Made by a program: the position numbers and the translations under genes. 37,760 nt of DNA from a virus (Duplodnaviria > Caudoviricetes), in IMG/VR virus record IMGVR_UViG_3300042901_000667, positions 1 to 37,760 of that record, one strand, 5' to 3'. The notes under the pieces were generated by a model. The model worked only from the letters and a program-made list of their open reading frames with translations, did no database searches and had not been told where the DNA came from. Positions 1 through 6,642 of this stretch are shown one piece after another. How positions within the stretch are numbered: the stretch's first letter is position 1; each line of letters begins with the position of its first letter.

Positions 1-127
1 AACGGTGCCAGGCTTTGTTTGCTTCGGGGTTGGTGTCTAGTTCGCGGCGGGATTCGACTTCGCACATTTGACAAACAAATTGCCTTGCCTGCTCCTCGGA
101 TGCGATTTTTTGGCCGATTACAAAATC
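1..127. repeat. Terminal direct repeat, identical to 37634-37760 (circular contig overlap)
   Basis: First 127 nt match the last 127 nt exactly. An ORF reads through the join. Confidence 0.95.
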
Positions 128-424
128 ATTTGATTCAATCCAGCGCCAGAACTGCGGGTCTTTGCACCACATGACGGCACGCCTGCAAGCATCGCCAATA
201 GGCTCTTTTGGCGGCTCTTGCACTGGTTTTTCATCGTCCCCAATCTCGACCAGCGCGGCCATGAACCGATGCCCTGCGGTGTTGCCCTTGCGGACAGTCA
301 GCGCCCGGAACGCCTCCAGCTCCTCGGGTGATGACAGCCAGAACGTAACTTTGCATCCGCTGGTGTGCGACTCGCTCCACCCTGCAAGCTGCATTTCACC
401 CGTAAATGTTGATTTAATGGTCAT
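1..424 (-). CDS. 5' part of an origin-spanning 247-aa nin-region protein with a tandem 88-aa duplicated domain (continues 37633->37314)
   Basis: Manual translation from ATG 424 gives MTIKSTFTGEMQLAGWSESHTSGCKVTFWL...; 424+320 nt = 248 codons, open across the circular join. Confidence 0.85.
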   Translation of the reverse strand, partial: MTIKSTFTGEMQLAGWSESHTSGCKVTFWLSSPEELEAFRALTVRKGNTAGHRFMAALVEIGDDEKPVQEPPKEPIGDACRRAVMWCKDPQFWRWIESNDFVIGQKIASEEQARQFVCQMCEVESRRELDTNPEANKAWHR

Positions 425-543
425 ACCGTTCCAATCAATCGTTTAGCTTCAATTAATTCATCAATAAGCCGTTTGACCCATCTCGCCCCGCCGCGCTCAA
501 TGTAGCCGGCGTGCTGGGCTTTTGTTGGTGTTGTGCCTTTCAT
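421..543 (-). CDS. Small hypothetical protein (40 aa) with an RHH-like tail GGARWVKRLID
   Basis: Manual translation MKGTTPTKAQHAGYIERGGARWVKRLIDELIEAKRLIGTV. ATGA overlaps with both neighbours. Confidence 0.6.
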   Translation of the reverse strand: MKGTTPTKAQHAGYIERGGARWVKRLIDELIEAKRLIGTV

Positions 544-821
544 TTGATGCACCCAATCGCACGCAAGGCGGCTTCTGGCCCATCTACTACCGCCCACGGA
601 TATCCCGCCCAGCGTTCAAAAAATGCCTGTTGTGCAAGTGTTGGCTTTTGTGCGGACTTAACCTTACCGCCGTCTTTAACCTCAATGAGCATAAATTGGC
701 CGCGTATGCCCACAAGCAAATCTAGGGGCTTGCCAACAACATCCACAGTCGCACCAGCGGCACGCAATGCGCTGATTACCGCTGTCTGGTTTGCGTCCAC
801 TCGTAGGGCGTAGCGGGTCAT
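540..821 (-). CDS. PD-(D/E)xK endonuclease, VRR-NUC/Holliday-junction-resolvase-like
   Basis: RVDANQ...PLDLLVG...LIEVKDG...LTxAQ motif pattern; nin-region position. Confidence 0.8.
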   Translation of the reverse strand: MTRYALRVDANQTAVISALRAAGATVDVVGKPLDLLVGIRGQFMLIEVKDGGKVKSAQKPTLAQQAFFERWAGYPWAVVDGPEAALRAIGCIK

Positions 822-1069
822 TTATTCGCCTCCAAGCTAAAAGTCTCAGACTCACCAGTTTCTTTAACAGTAAGGGTCACATCTGTAATAAGCCCAGGCT
901 TCGAATCGTCACACCAAACCATTGATGGAGACTCAAGGGGCACACCTTTTAAAGTCTGCATAAAAAAGTAATAAGTCATAAAGTCGGGCAAAAATCGCTC
1001 AAACTGGTCAGGGCTTAATGCAACGATGTCAGCGACCGTGACAATTTCAAATTTATTTAACGCGCTCAT
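818..1069 (-). CDS. Hypothetical protein
   Basis: 83-aa ORF overlapping its neighbours in the operon. Confidence 0.65.
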   Translation of the reverse strand: MSALNKFEIVTVADIVALSPDQFERFLPDFMTYYFFMQTLKGVPLESPSMVWCDDSKPGLITDVTLTVKETGESETFSLEANK

Positions 1070-1238
1070 TACGCTTGCTCTCCATCGGCTTTTTGGCCTG
1101 AAATTTCATGGCCTTAATTGCAACGTCCAGTGCCAAACCGACCTCTTTGGGGTCAAGCATCGGCAAGTCATCCCCCCCCAGCCCGCGCCGCCATTTTTGA
1201 TGATGCGTGAGTATTTCAAGGGCTTTTTCTTCAGTCAT
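1053..1238 (-). CDS. Hypothetical phage protein (HQKWRRG motif)
   Basis: 61-aa ORF, GAGG RBS, ATGA overlap. Confidence 0.7.
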   Translation of the reverse strand: MTEEKALEILTHHQKWRRGLGGDDLPMLDPKEVGLALDVAIKAMKFQAKKPMESKRNERVK

Positions 1239-1591
1239 TTTTTCACCTCAAAGAACTCATCGACACCCGCCATGCGTTCACGTTCGCACAAATTTGAGCC
1301 AGCCGCCCACGTCACAACATCAGGGCTTTTTTCGTTTATGAATTGCATCAACGCATACCACTCTGCTCTGTACGGTTTTTTGTCGTTTGTAGTGAAATGC
1401 TCCTCCCCCAGCCACCTCAACAAATCACGCGCGATGTTTTTCTGCATTTGGCCGGGCAAGCCGCTCCAATTGCTTTTAATGAAATTAATGCCACAGCCTG
1501 CCGCATAAGTGCCGCTGCCCATGCACGCCCGCAGGCCGCATAAAAGCACGACTCGCACATCAATAGTCTCATCAGTTAGTTCGATTTTCAT
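1235..1591 (-). CDS. Hypothetical protein
   Basis: 118-aa ORF, ATGA overlaps at both ends. Confidence 0.7.
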   Translation of the reverse strand: MKIELTDETIDVRVVLLCGLRACMGSGTYAAGCGINFIKSNWSGLPGQMQKNIARDLLRWLGEEHFTTNDKKPYRAEWYALMQFINEKSPDVVTWAAGSNLCERERMAGVDEFFEVKK

Positions 1592-1851
1592 TTTTTAGCT
1601 TCCGTTTGAAGCGGCTGAACCGCCATTGTTTTGGCCTTCGCCAGCTCGCGCACATCCTGCTCGTTGTGCCCCTGCGCTATCGCCTCGGTCAGTACCGCCC
1701 GGCGGCGTGCCGTTATCTGTTCCGTTGTCGGCGTGCGCAACTTGCCCAGCCGCTGTATCAGTCGCGCCGCGCAATATTTGCAGCTGGGACTGTTGTATTG
1801 CGGCCAGCAGCCTTGCGTTATCGTTGCGGTTTGGCAGTCTGTGCAGGTCAT
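1588..1851 (-). CDS. Hypothetical protein, possible Zn-binding (CxxC...CxxC)
   Basis: CTDC and CKYC motifs; abuts the methyltransferase stop. Confidence 0.7.
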   Translation of the reverse strand: MTCTDCQTATITQGCWPQYNSPSCKYCAARLIQRLGKLRTPTTEQITARRRAVLTEAIAQGHNEQDVRELAKAKTMAVQPLQTEAKK

Positions 1852-2868
1852 TCATACGGCCTCCGCAAACATATCAAAATTGATATTTGTCTCAGTCATG
1901 CAATGTGGACTGCACCAGATGGTTTCGCTTGCGCTATTTGCCACGGCCTCGTCTGTCCGCGCATAACCCTTGCGTGCCGTCCATTTACGGGCATGCCAGC
2001 CGTGGGCTAGTAATTCGTCATGCTCCCCTGCATGGCCGCATAAAACGACTCTGAGCAGCTTGTTTTGACCATTTTCCGCACACCATGCACGCACCTCGTC
2101 AGCCAATGCGCCGCCCGTGCCTTTCGCCGTGTAATCCATTGCGCCTTTGGTGTATGGCGGGTCAAGAAATACAGCCGTAAGGCCGTGGCGCGTTGTTACG
2201 GCATCCTTGACAACCCGGCTCCAATCGCCGCAAGTTACGCGGGTGTCGCGCAATACGTCATGCAGTTTTGAAAACCATTCGCTGATGTAGGCCGTCCGGG
2301 GATGTTCGCCCCGCCCTGCATCGCCTAAATGCGGGAGCGAACGGTTGATGCCCTGCCCTGCATTGCCTAAATGCGGGATCTGGCTTCGCACCCCGCCCTT
2401 GCCCGTGCGTTTGATAAATTGCCCATCAACCAGCACCCACGGCCCATCACCACCACACCAGCTGTCGCCAATCCAATTACATGCGCCCCAGCACCACCAC
2501 CCAGCGATTTTCAGGTCGTACCATTCAGGGTCGGCGTGTAGCTTGTCGGTAAGGGCTGCAGCCTCGCGCACCAGCCATGAATGCCGGGCAAATAAATCAG
2601 TTTCATTGCAAGGCCAGTCAGCGTAATCAGCCACGCCTTGCGGCTCTTTTGCAATGGCACGCCAAAAGTTAGCCACAAAGCCGTCAGCATCGTTTATCGT
2701 GCTGATGCGCTTGCCCGTAGGGGCTGATAGCAGCATGGCGGCGCTGCCTGCAAATGGTTCGACGTAGTTATTTACATTGCCAAATGCCTGCCATACCTTT
2801 TCAGCGGCGTTTGCTTTGCCGCCAAACCAAGGGAACGGCGCCGCTAATGTTCCGGCGATTGATTTCAT
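1852..2868 (-). CDS. D12-class (Dam-family) N6-adenine DNA methyltransferase
   Basis: PFPWFGGK, YVEPFAGSAA, INDAD and DPPY motifs. Start set at ATG 2868, which overlaps the upstream stop. Confidence 0.9.
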   Translation of the reverse strand: MKSIAGTLAAPFPWFGGKANAAEKVWQAFGNVNNYVEPFAGSAAMLLSAPTGKRISTINDADGFVANFWRAIAKEPQGVADYADWPCNETDLFARHSWLVREAAALTDKLHADPEWYDLKIAGWWCWGACNWIGDSWCGGDGPWVLVDGQFIKRTGKGGVRSQIPHLGNAGQGINRSLPHLGDAGRGEHPRTAYISEWFSKLHDVLRDTRVTCGDWSRVVKDAVTTRHGLTAVFLDPPYTKGAMDYTAKGTGGALADEVRAWCAENGQNKLLRVVLCGHAGEHDELLAHGWHARKWTARKGYARTDEAVANSASETIWCSPHCMTETNINFDMFAEAV

Positions 2869-3002
2869 GCATTCACCATTGGCGAAAGCAGCGAAGTAAT
2901 GTCGCCACAAATCACAAGAGCTAAATTAATCTCTGCGCGTGTCGGTGTTTTGTCACCAGCACGGACGCGGTTTAGGATTTCACTGGCTTGGGTTTTGGTC
3001 AT
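2865..3002 (-). CDS. Small hypothetical protein (45 aa)
   Basis: Manual translation MTKTQASEILNRVRAGDKTPTRAEINLALVICGD...; ATGA overlaps on both sides. Confidence 0.65.
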   Translation of the reverse strand: MTKTQASEILNRVRAGDKTPTRAEINLALVICGDITSLLSPMVNA

Positions 3003-3562
3003 GCTGGGATTCCTTGTTGATTAAATTCACGATCAAGGCGAATCAGTGTTTTTGCTTCATCACCACCAGCCAAGCCGATAGCTTGGGCAATAAGCTGCTT
3101 TAACAGCGGCAGGCCAATAAGCGGCTCTTTCTTTGCTGGTGTTGGTGTAATTGCCAACAATGCAGATTCACGGGCTGCTTTTGACCTTTGGGCGCGTAGC
3201 TCTGCGCTCATGGGAATTGCTACCGGGTGCTGATACGCCTGACGCGGGGCGCAAGCCTTGCACAGTGCCACGAATTGCGGCAACGTGGGCGGGTACTCAG
3301 GGTGAGCGTCCATCGTGCGGCTAAGGGCGGTTTTGACTGTTGCTAGGTCAAAATCTCGCAGTCCGTGCGACCAGATGGCGCGTGCGCTTACAACACCCTG
3401 ATCTACACCGCTTGCGTCGGCCTGCCCGTTGACAAACTTGGACAAAAAAAGATTGCCGTAAAAGCCGTGAAAAACCTTGAATACGTTGTTTGCAATACCC
3501 TGCGTGGTTTCGGCTGCTTGAGGCTTAAAGTCCTCGATGTTTGGCGAAATAAGTTTAAGCAT
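2999..3562 (-). CDS. Putative replication protein P-like helicase loader
   Basis: Directly downstream of the initiator; contains the YPPTLPQFVALCK motif. Confidence 0.65.
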   Translation of the reverse strand: MLKLISPNIEDFKPQAAETTQGIANNVFKVFHGFYGNLFLSKFVNGQADASGVDQGVVSARAIWSHGLRDFDLATVKTALSRTMDAHPEYPPTLPQFVALCKACAPRQAYQHPVAIPMSAELRAQRSKAARESALLAITPTPAKKEPLIGLPLLKQLIAQAIGLAGGDEAKTLIRLDREFNQQGIPA

Positions 3563-4280
3563 TGATCGTCCTTGATTCGTCGTCACCCCAAATGGCTTTT
3601 GCAGCCCCGGCGTATTTGCTTGCGTTTGATTTTGACGCTACTGACGTAGCGCGTTCGAAGTCGTTACGAAGCCAGTTGCGCCAAGTGGCAGGCCAATCCG
3701 TGATGGCATTTTTAAACGTGTGATCGCGAAACTTTGCTGTTGCGCGGTCAACATCGACATTAGGGCATTCAGCTTTCGCCCACTCCCGCATTTCGGATGT
3801 AACTTTAAAATCAACCGGGCATTTTTTCGCTGGGCGTTTGGTTGCCACAACACCGTTAGGTGTTGTATTAATCTCTTCTCTTCTCTTCTCTTCTCTAGAC
3901 CGCTTTTTGTCCGCAACTAATGCGGACATTTCCGGGACATCTCTTGCAATCCTTTTGCGCTGGGTTTCAGTTGCCCGGCGCTTGGCAGATTGACCGTTAT
4001 GCTCGTCGAACCTAGGCGTAGCAAGGCTTTCACCGTTTTCTTCAAGCCAGCCAACCTTAATCATTGCGGCGCAAAACCCCGGCCATCCGATGTAATCGTC
4101 AAGGGCGCTTGATGTGTAACCGTCAAGAGTGCCGTCAATTGAATGCGCGTCAAACAAACACCAGACCGCATGAAGTCCGCCAATTACGCGCAGCTTGTCC
4201 GCTTGCAATGCGGACACAATGCGGACAACTTTCGGATGCGTCAACAAATCGGCGCGCATCTTAATCCAGTCACCCGCCAT
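3555..4280 (-). CDS. Phage replication initiator (lambda O-analogous)
   Basis: MAGDWIKMR N-terminus, REEKRREE linker, C-terminal DWPATWRNW motif, and internal palindromic repeats. Confidence 0.85.
   Translation of the reverse strand: MAGDWIKMRADLLTHPKVVRIVSALQADKLRVIGGLHAVWCLFDAHSIDGTLDGYTSSALDDYIGWPGFCAAMIKVGWLEENGESLATPRFDEHNGQSAKRRATETQRKRIARDVPEMSALVADKKRSREEKRREEINTTPNGVVATKRPAKKCPVDFKVTSEMREWAKAECPNVDVDRATAKFRDHTFKNAITDWPATWRNWLRNDFERATSVASKSNASKYAGAAKAIWGDDESRTINA
3908..3928. promoter_or_regulatory. 21-bp palindrome TGTCCGC-N7-GCGGACA, candidate initiator-binding site (ori)
   Basis: TGTCCGCAACTAATGCGGACA; a second copy is at 4196-4216. Confidence 0.55.
4196..4227. promoter_or_regulatory. 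Second TGTCCGC-N7-GCGGACA palindrome plus an extra half-site
   Basis: TGTCCGCTTGCAATGCGGACA followed by CAATGCGGACA. Confidence 0.5.
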
Positions 4281-4449
4281 TTTTTACCTCTCGCTTTGCG
4301 CGCTCTGCAATAGCCTGCTCCATGCGGATTTTGTATTGATCGGCCTCGCCTCGGTCTGCAAAGCAGCCAGACAGCTCGTATTGCATCAATGCGGTAGCCA
4401 TCAAAGAACCAGATTCTTTAATGTGCTGCTCTAATTCTTCAATTGTCAT
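4270..4449 (-). CDS. Hypothetical protein (59 aa)
   Basis: MTIEELEQHIKESG...; lies between the leader RNA and the initiator. Confidence 0.6.
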   Translation of the reverse strand: MTIEELEQHIKESGSLMATALMQYELSGCFADRGEADQYKIRMEQAIAERAKREVKNGG

Positions 4450-4484
4450 TTTTCTACACCAAGTCTCACCTAAAAAAAGAAGCA

Positions 4485-4539
4485 CTGGCAGGCGGGTGAG
4501 TTCGCTTTTCGAAAGGGTAATTACTCCCCTTCTAGCCAG
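4485..4539 (-). ncRNA. Candidate structured cis-regulatory leader RNA (three-way junction) of the replication operon
   Basis: Closing stem CTGGC/GCCAG enclosing AAGGG/CCCTT and GCG/CGC hairpins linked by GAAAA; begins just after a promoter. Confidence 0.55.
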
Positions 4540-4552
4540 GTTCTAAATCACA

Positions 4553-4580
4553 ATATTACACGATTTTCAATGCGTGTCAA
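4553..4580 (-). promoter_or_regulatory. Sigma70-like promoter TTGACA-N16-TAATAT
   Basis: Consensus -35 and near-consensus -10 upstream of the replication genes. Confidence 0.6.
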
Positions 4581-4825
4581 GCTGCAACCCAACCCAAAGT
4601 CAAAGTTCCATTACCTAATGTGCGTCGAAACGGAACATCACAGCGGCTGATATAGCCGTCCTTTGCGGCTTGAGTAAATATCTTGCCCCAGTGCCGTAAT
4701 TCCGGGGGGGCAATGCCAGCCTTAATCGCAGCAAGTGTTACTTCCTCAGAGCAAAAAGGCCGGCCTTTTGTTTTGCGTACAAACTTCAATAAAAAACCGT
4801 AGCCATCTTTATCAAAATTAGTCAT
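4577..4825 (-). CDS. Hypothetical protein, possibly winged-helix
   Basis: 82-aa ORF with an ELRHWGKIF...AAKDGYI pattern; ATGA overlap. Confidence 0.7.
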   Translation of the reverse strand: MTNFDKDGYGFLLKFVRKTKGRPFCSEEVTLAAIKAGIAPPELRHWGKIFTQAAKDGYISRCDVPFRRTLGNGTLTLGWVAA

Positions 4826-5208
4826 GCTGTCACCTCTTTTTGTTTACGGCTCTTTTTCGCAGGTAATGCGGCACCGATAGAGTCCAGGCCATACGCCGTC
4901 GCCATAATGTTTTTAAAACCAGCTTTGTCTCGCACACCTGTAGCAAATGCGTCCATCGTCATCTCTTGCCTGGCAAACTTTGCAGAGTAAAAAAACACAT
5001 CAGACAAGGCCTGCAGTGCGGTGTCGTGCTCATATCGTTTGATACGTGCGGCCTCGCACTCCTCGCGAAGTTCTTGCAATGTGCTGAACCACAATTCAAG
5101 CTGGTAAGCAGCGCAGCGCAGGTCTTTGATGTCAGCGTTTGAAACCATGCCAGTTGCAGCCAAGCGGTCGGCCAGCTCTGAAATGGTTTCCCAATGTGGC
5201 TTAGTCAT
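4822..5208 (-). CDS. Hypothetical protein (128 aa)
   Basis: Start set at MTKPHW (ATG 5208), within the 33-bp duplicated junction. Confidence 0.7.
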   Translation of the reverse strand: MTKPHWETISELADRLAATGMVSNADIKDLRCAAYQLELWFSTLQELREECEAARIKRYEHDTALQALSDVFFYSAKFARQEMTMDAFATGVRDKAGFKNIMATAYGLDSIGAALPAKKSRKQKEVTA

Positions 5209-5504
5209 ACATACCCTATCGATTGAATGTTTATGTTCATGCTGCCTCCGGTTATTTACGGTCAAGTTCTTGCCGCTCTAGTTTCATTTGTTCGTAGCCT
5301 TCGAAGTAAAAGATAACAGCGTCAAAAGTGGGAAGCGTCACGACCCAAGTGCCCTGCACATACGGCTTGCGATTAGCAATCACTCGGATGTCATCGAAGA
5401 TCTGCAGTAAGAACCCATTGCGCTCGGCCATTTCTTGCGCAATTTCAATTTGGCGTTTTGTCTGTAGCGGTGTCATACATACCCTCTCGATTGAAGGTTT
5501 ATGT
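5204..5504. repeat. 33-bp direct repeats (5204-5236 and 5472-5504, 31/33 identical) flanking a 74-aa gene
   Basis: GTCATACATACCCT(A/C)TCGATTGAA(T/G)GTTTATGT. Confidence 0.9.
5252..5476 (-). CDS. Hypothetical protein (cassette gene)
   Basis: 74-aa ORF with an ATGA overlap to the upstream gene. Confidence 0.7.
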   Translation of the reverse strand: MTPLQTKRQIEIAQEMAERNGFLLQIFDDIRVIANRKPYVQGTWVVTLPTFDAVIFYFEGYEQMKLERQELDRK

Positions 5505-5895
5505 AGTCATTAGCATCATGCAAGTTAAGCAGACGCGCCGCCTCGTAAATGTCTTCAATTTTTACGCCCTTTTTTGGGGCCGAACGCTGCACAAGGCTTT
5601 TCAACCTGTTAAAAGCATGGTACACACCCATATCAGCCAATTGCTCGGCATCATAAGCGGCCTCGCTTAAATAAATGCGTCCCGGCGTAGCATAGCCTTT
5701 GCTATCACCCCAGCCTGTCTGAATATCAAAGCGGTAAAAGTTTGACAGATATACCCACTTGCGACCAACCTTTGTAACAGTCACAAGTTGATTAGTTCCT
5801 GAATCGCTTTGGCCGTGACTTGTCGCGCCAATTCGTCTGGCTAATGCTAGGTCTGACCAAACCCAAAACAGCTCTTGTCCAACAATAAATGTCAT
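5473..5895 (-). CDS. Small beta-barrel-like hypothetical protein carrying a 45-bp in-frame segment shared with the adaptor gene
   Basis: VGQELFWV...VTVTKVGRKW pattern; AGGA RBS. Confidence 0.75.
   Translation of the reverse strand: MTFIVGQELFWVWSDLALARRIGATSHGQSDSGTNQLVTVTKVGRKWVYLSNFYRFDIQTGWGDSKGYATPGRIYLSEAAYDAEQLADMGVYHAFNRLKSLVQRSAPKKGVKIEDIYEAARLLNLHDANDYINLQSRGYV
5797..5841. repeat. 45-bp perfect inverted copy of 22982-23026
   Basis: TCCTGAATCGCTTTGGCCGTGACTTGTCGCGCCAATTCGTCTGGC is the reverse complement of 22982-23026. Confidence 0.95.
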
Positions 5896-5896
5896 A

Positions 5897-6106
5897 TCAA
5901 TCCTTCCGTGGATCCACTGTGCTGACGCTTTGCCCGAGTGGCTTCACAATTTCGATAAAGCCAATGCAGCCGTACGCCGCGTCAGACGTGTAGATACGGT
6001 CGCCAGTGCCTTTGTCGGTGAAGCGCTGGCACTGGGTAGCCCGGTCGCAGTTCGTGCCTGTGCAGCGGCTGTAGTCGTTGGGCAGCATGGCTTGCTGTTT
6101 TAACAT
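5897..6106 (-). CDS. Small Cys-rich hypothetical protein
   Basis: LPNDYSRC...C....CQRF pattern; GAGGAG RBS. Confidence 0.7.
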   Translation of the reverse strand: MLKQQAMLPNDYSRCTGTNCDRATQCQRFTDKGTGDRIYTSDAAYGCIGFIEIVKPLGQSVSTVDPRKD

Positions 6107-6109
6107 TTT

Positions 6110-6286
6110 TCACTCCTCAGTTGGTTTAATAAAAGATTCGCCACCAGCAAGAACCAGCGCCTCTAGCAGCAGGGCTATGGTTGCGGCATCTTGATCTTGC
6201 GGAGGTGCATATTCGCGTGCAAGCGTCCTGGCGCTGTGGTAAAGCAGTAAGCCGCTAGCCTGCTCGTGTTGTGTGTAGGTGTTCAT
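6110..6286 (-). CDS. Hypothetical protein (58 aa), first gene of the leftward early operon, probably leaderless
   Basis: Manual translation MNTYTQHEQASGLLLYHSARTLAREYAPPQDQDAATIALLLEALVLAGGESFIKPTEE; ATG is 7 nt after a -10 box. Confidence 0.65.
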   Translation of the reverse strand: MNTYTQHEQASGLLLYHSARTLAREYAPPQDQDAATIALLLEALVLAGGESFIKPTEE

Positions 6287-6293
6287 GCGCTAA

Positions 6294-6338
6294 ATTATCA
6301 AAATAATTTATTTAATGTCAACTAGGGAAAACCCCTAG
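6294..6338 (-). promoter_or_regulatory. Leftward early promoter TTGACA-N16-GATAAT with an abutting palindrome CTAGGG-N5-CCCTAG (6322-6338)
   Basis: AT-rich divergent intergenic region; -35 at 6321-6316, -10 at 6299-6294. Confidence 0.7.
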
Positions 6339-6411
6339 ATACTTTTTTTGAATTGTTGGCAAAATTATTCCAAGTCGCAGCAATCGCAGCGGCATAACAG
6401 GAGCAGAGCAA

Positions 6412-6627
6412 ATGATTACTAAAAGCAAACAAGTATGGGCAGTTGGCGAAATGGTCAAAGTCGGCTTCATGTCTTTGCGCGTCATGGCTACCCAGGAAAC
6501 CCCTGGCGATTACAAACCAGACGCATACATCCTTGCAAACGCAAAGGCTGACAAGTTCTACCGCTTTGTGCCTCACAACGGCATTGAAGGCGGCTTTGAC
6601 AGCATGTCAGCAGCACTCGCCGCCTAA
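6412..6627 (+). CDS. Small conserved-looking early phage protein (VKVGF...YRFVPHNG)
   Basis: ACAGGAG RBS; first gene of the rightward operon. Confidence 0.75.
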   Translation: MITKSKQVWAVGEMVKVGFMSLRVMATQETPGDYKPDAYILANAKADKFYRFVPHNGIEGGFDSMSAALAA

Positions 6628-6642
6628 CCCACAGGAGCAGCA

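Noticed and set aside
2310-2380. Repeated HLG(N/D)AG motif in the methyltransferase
   Set aside because: A short internal coding repeat in the variable region between conserved motifs, with no sign of a separate element.
3872-3897. (CTCTT)n microsatellite as a phase-variation tract
   Set aside because: It encodes the REEKRREE linker commonly seen in this type of initiator.
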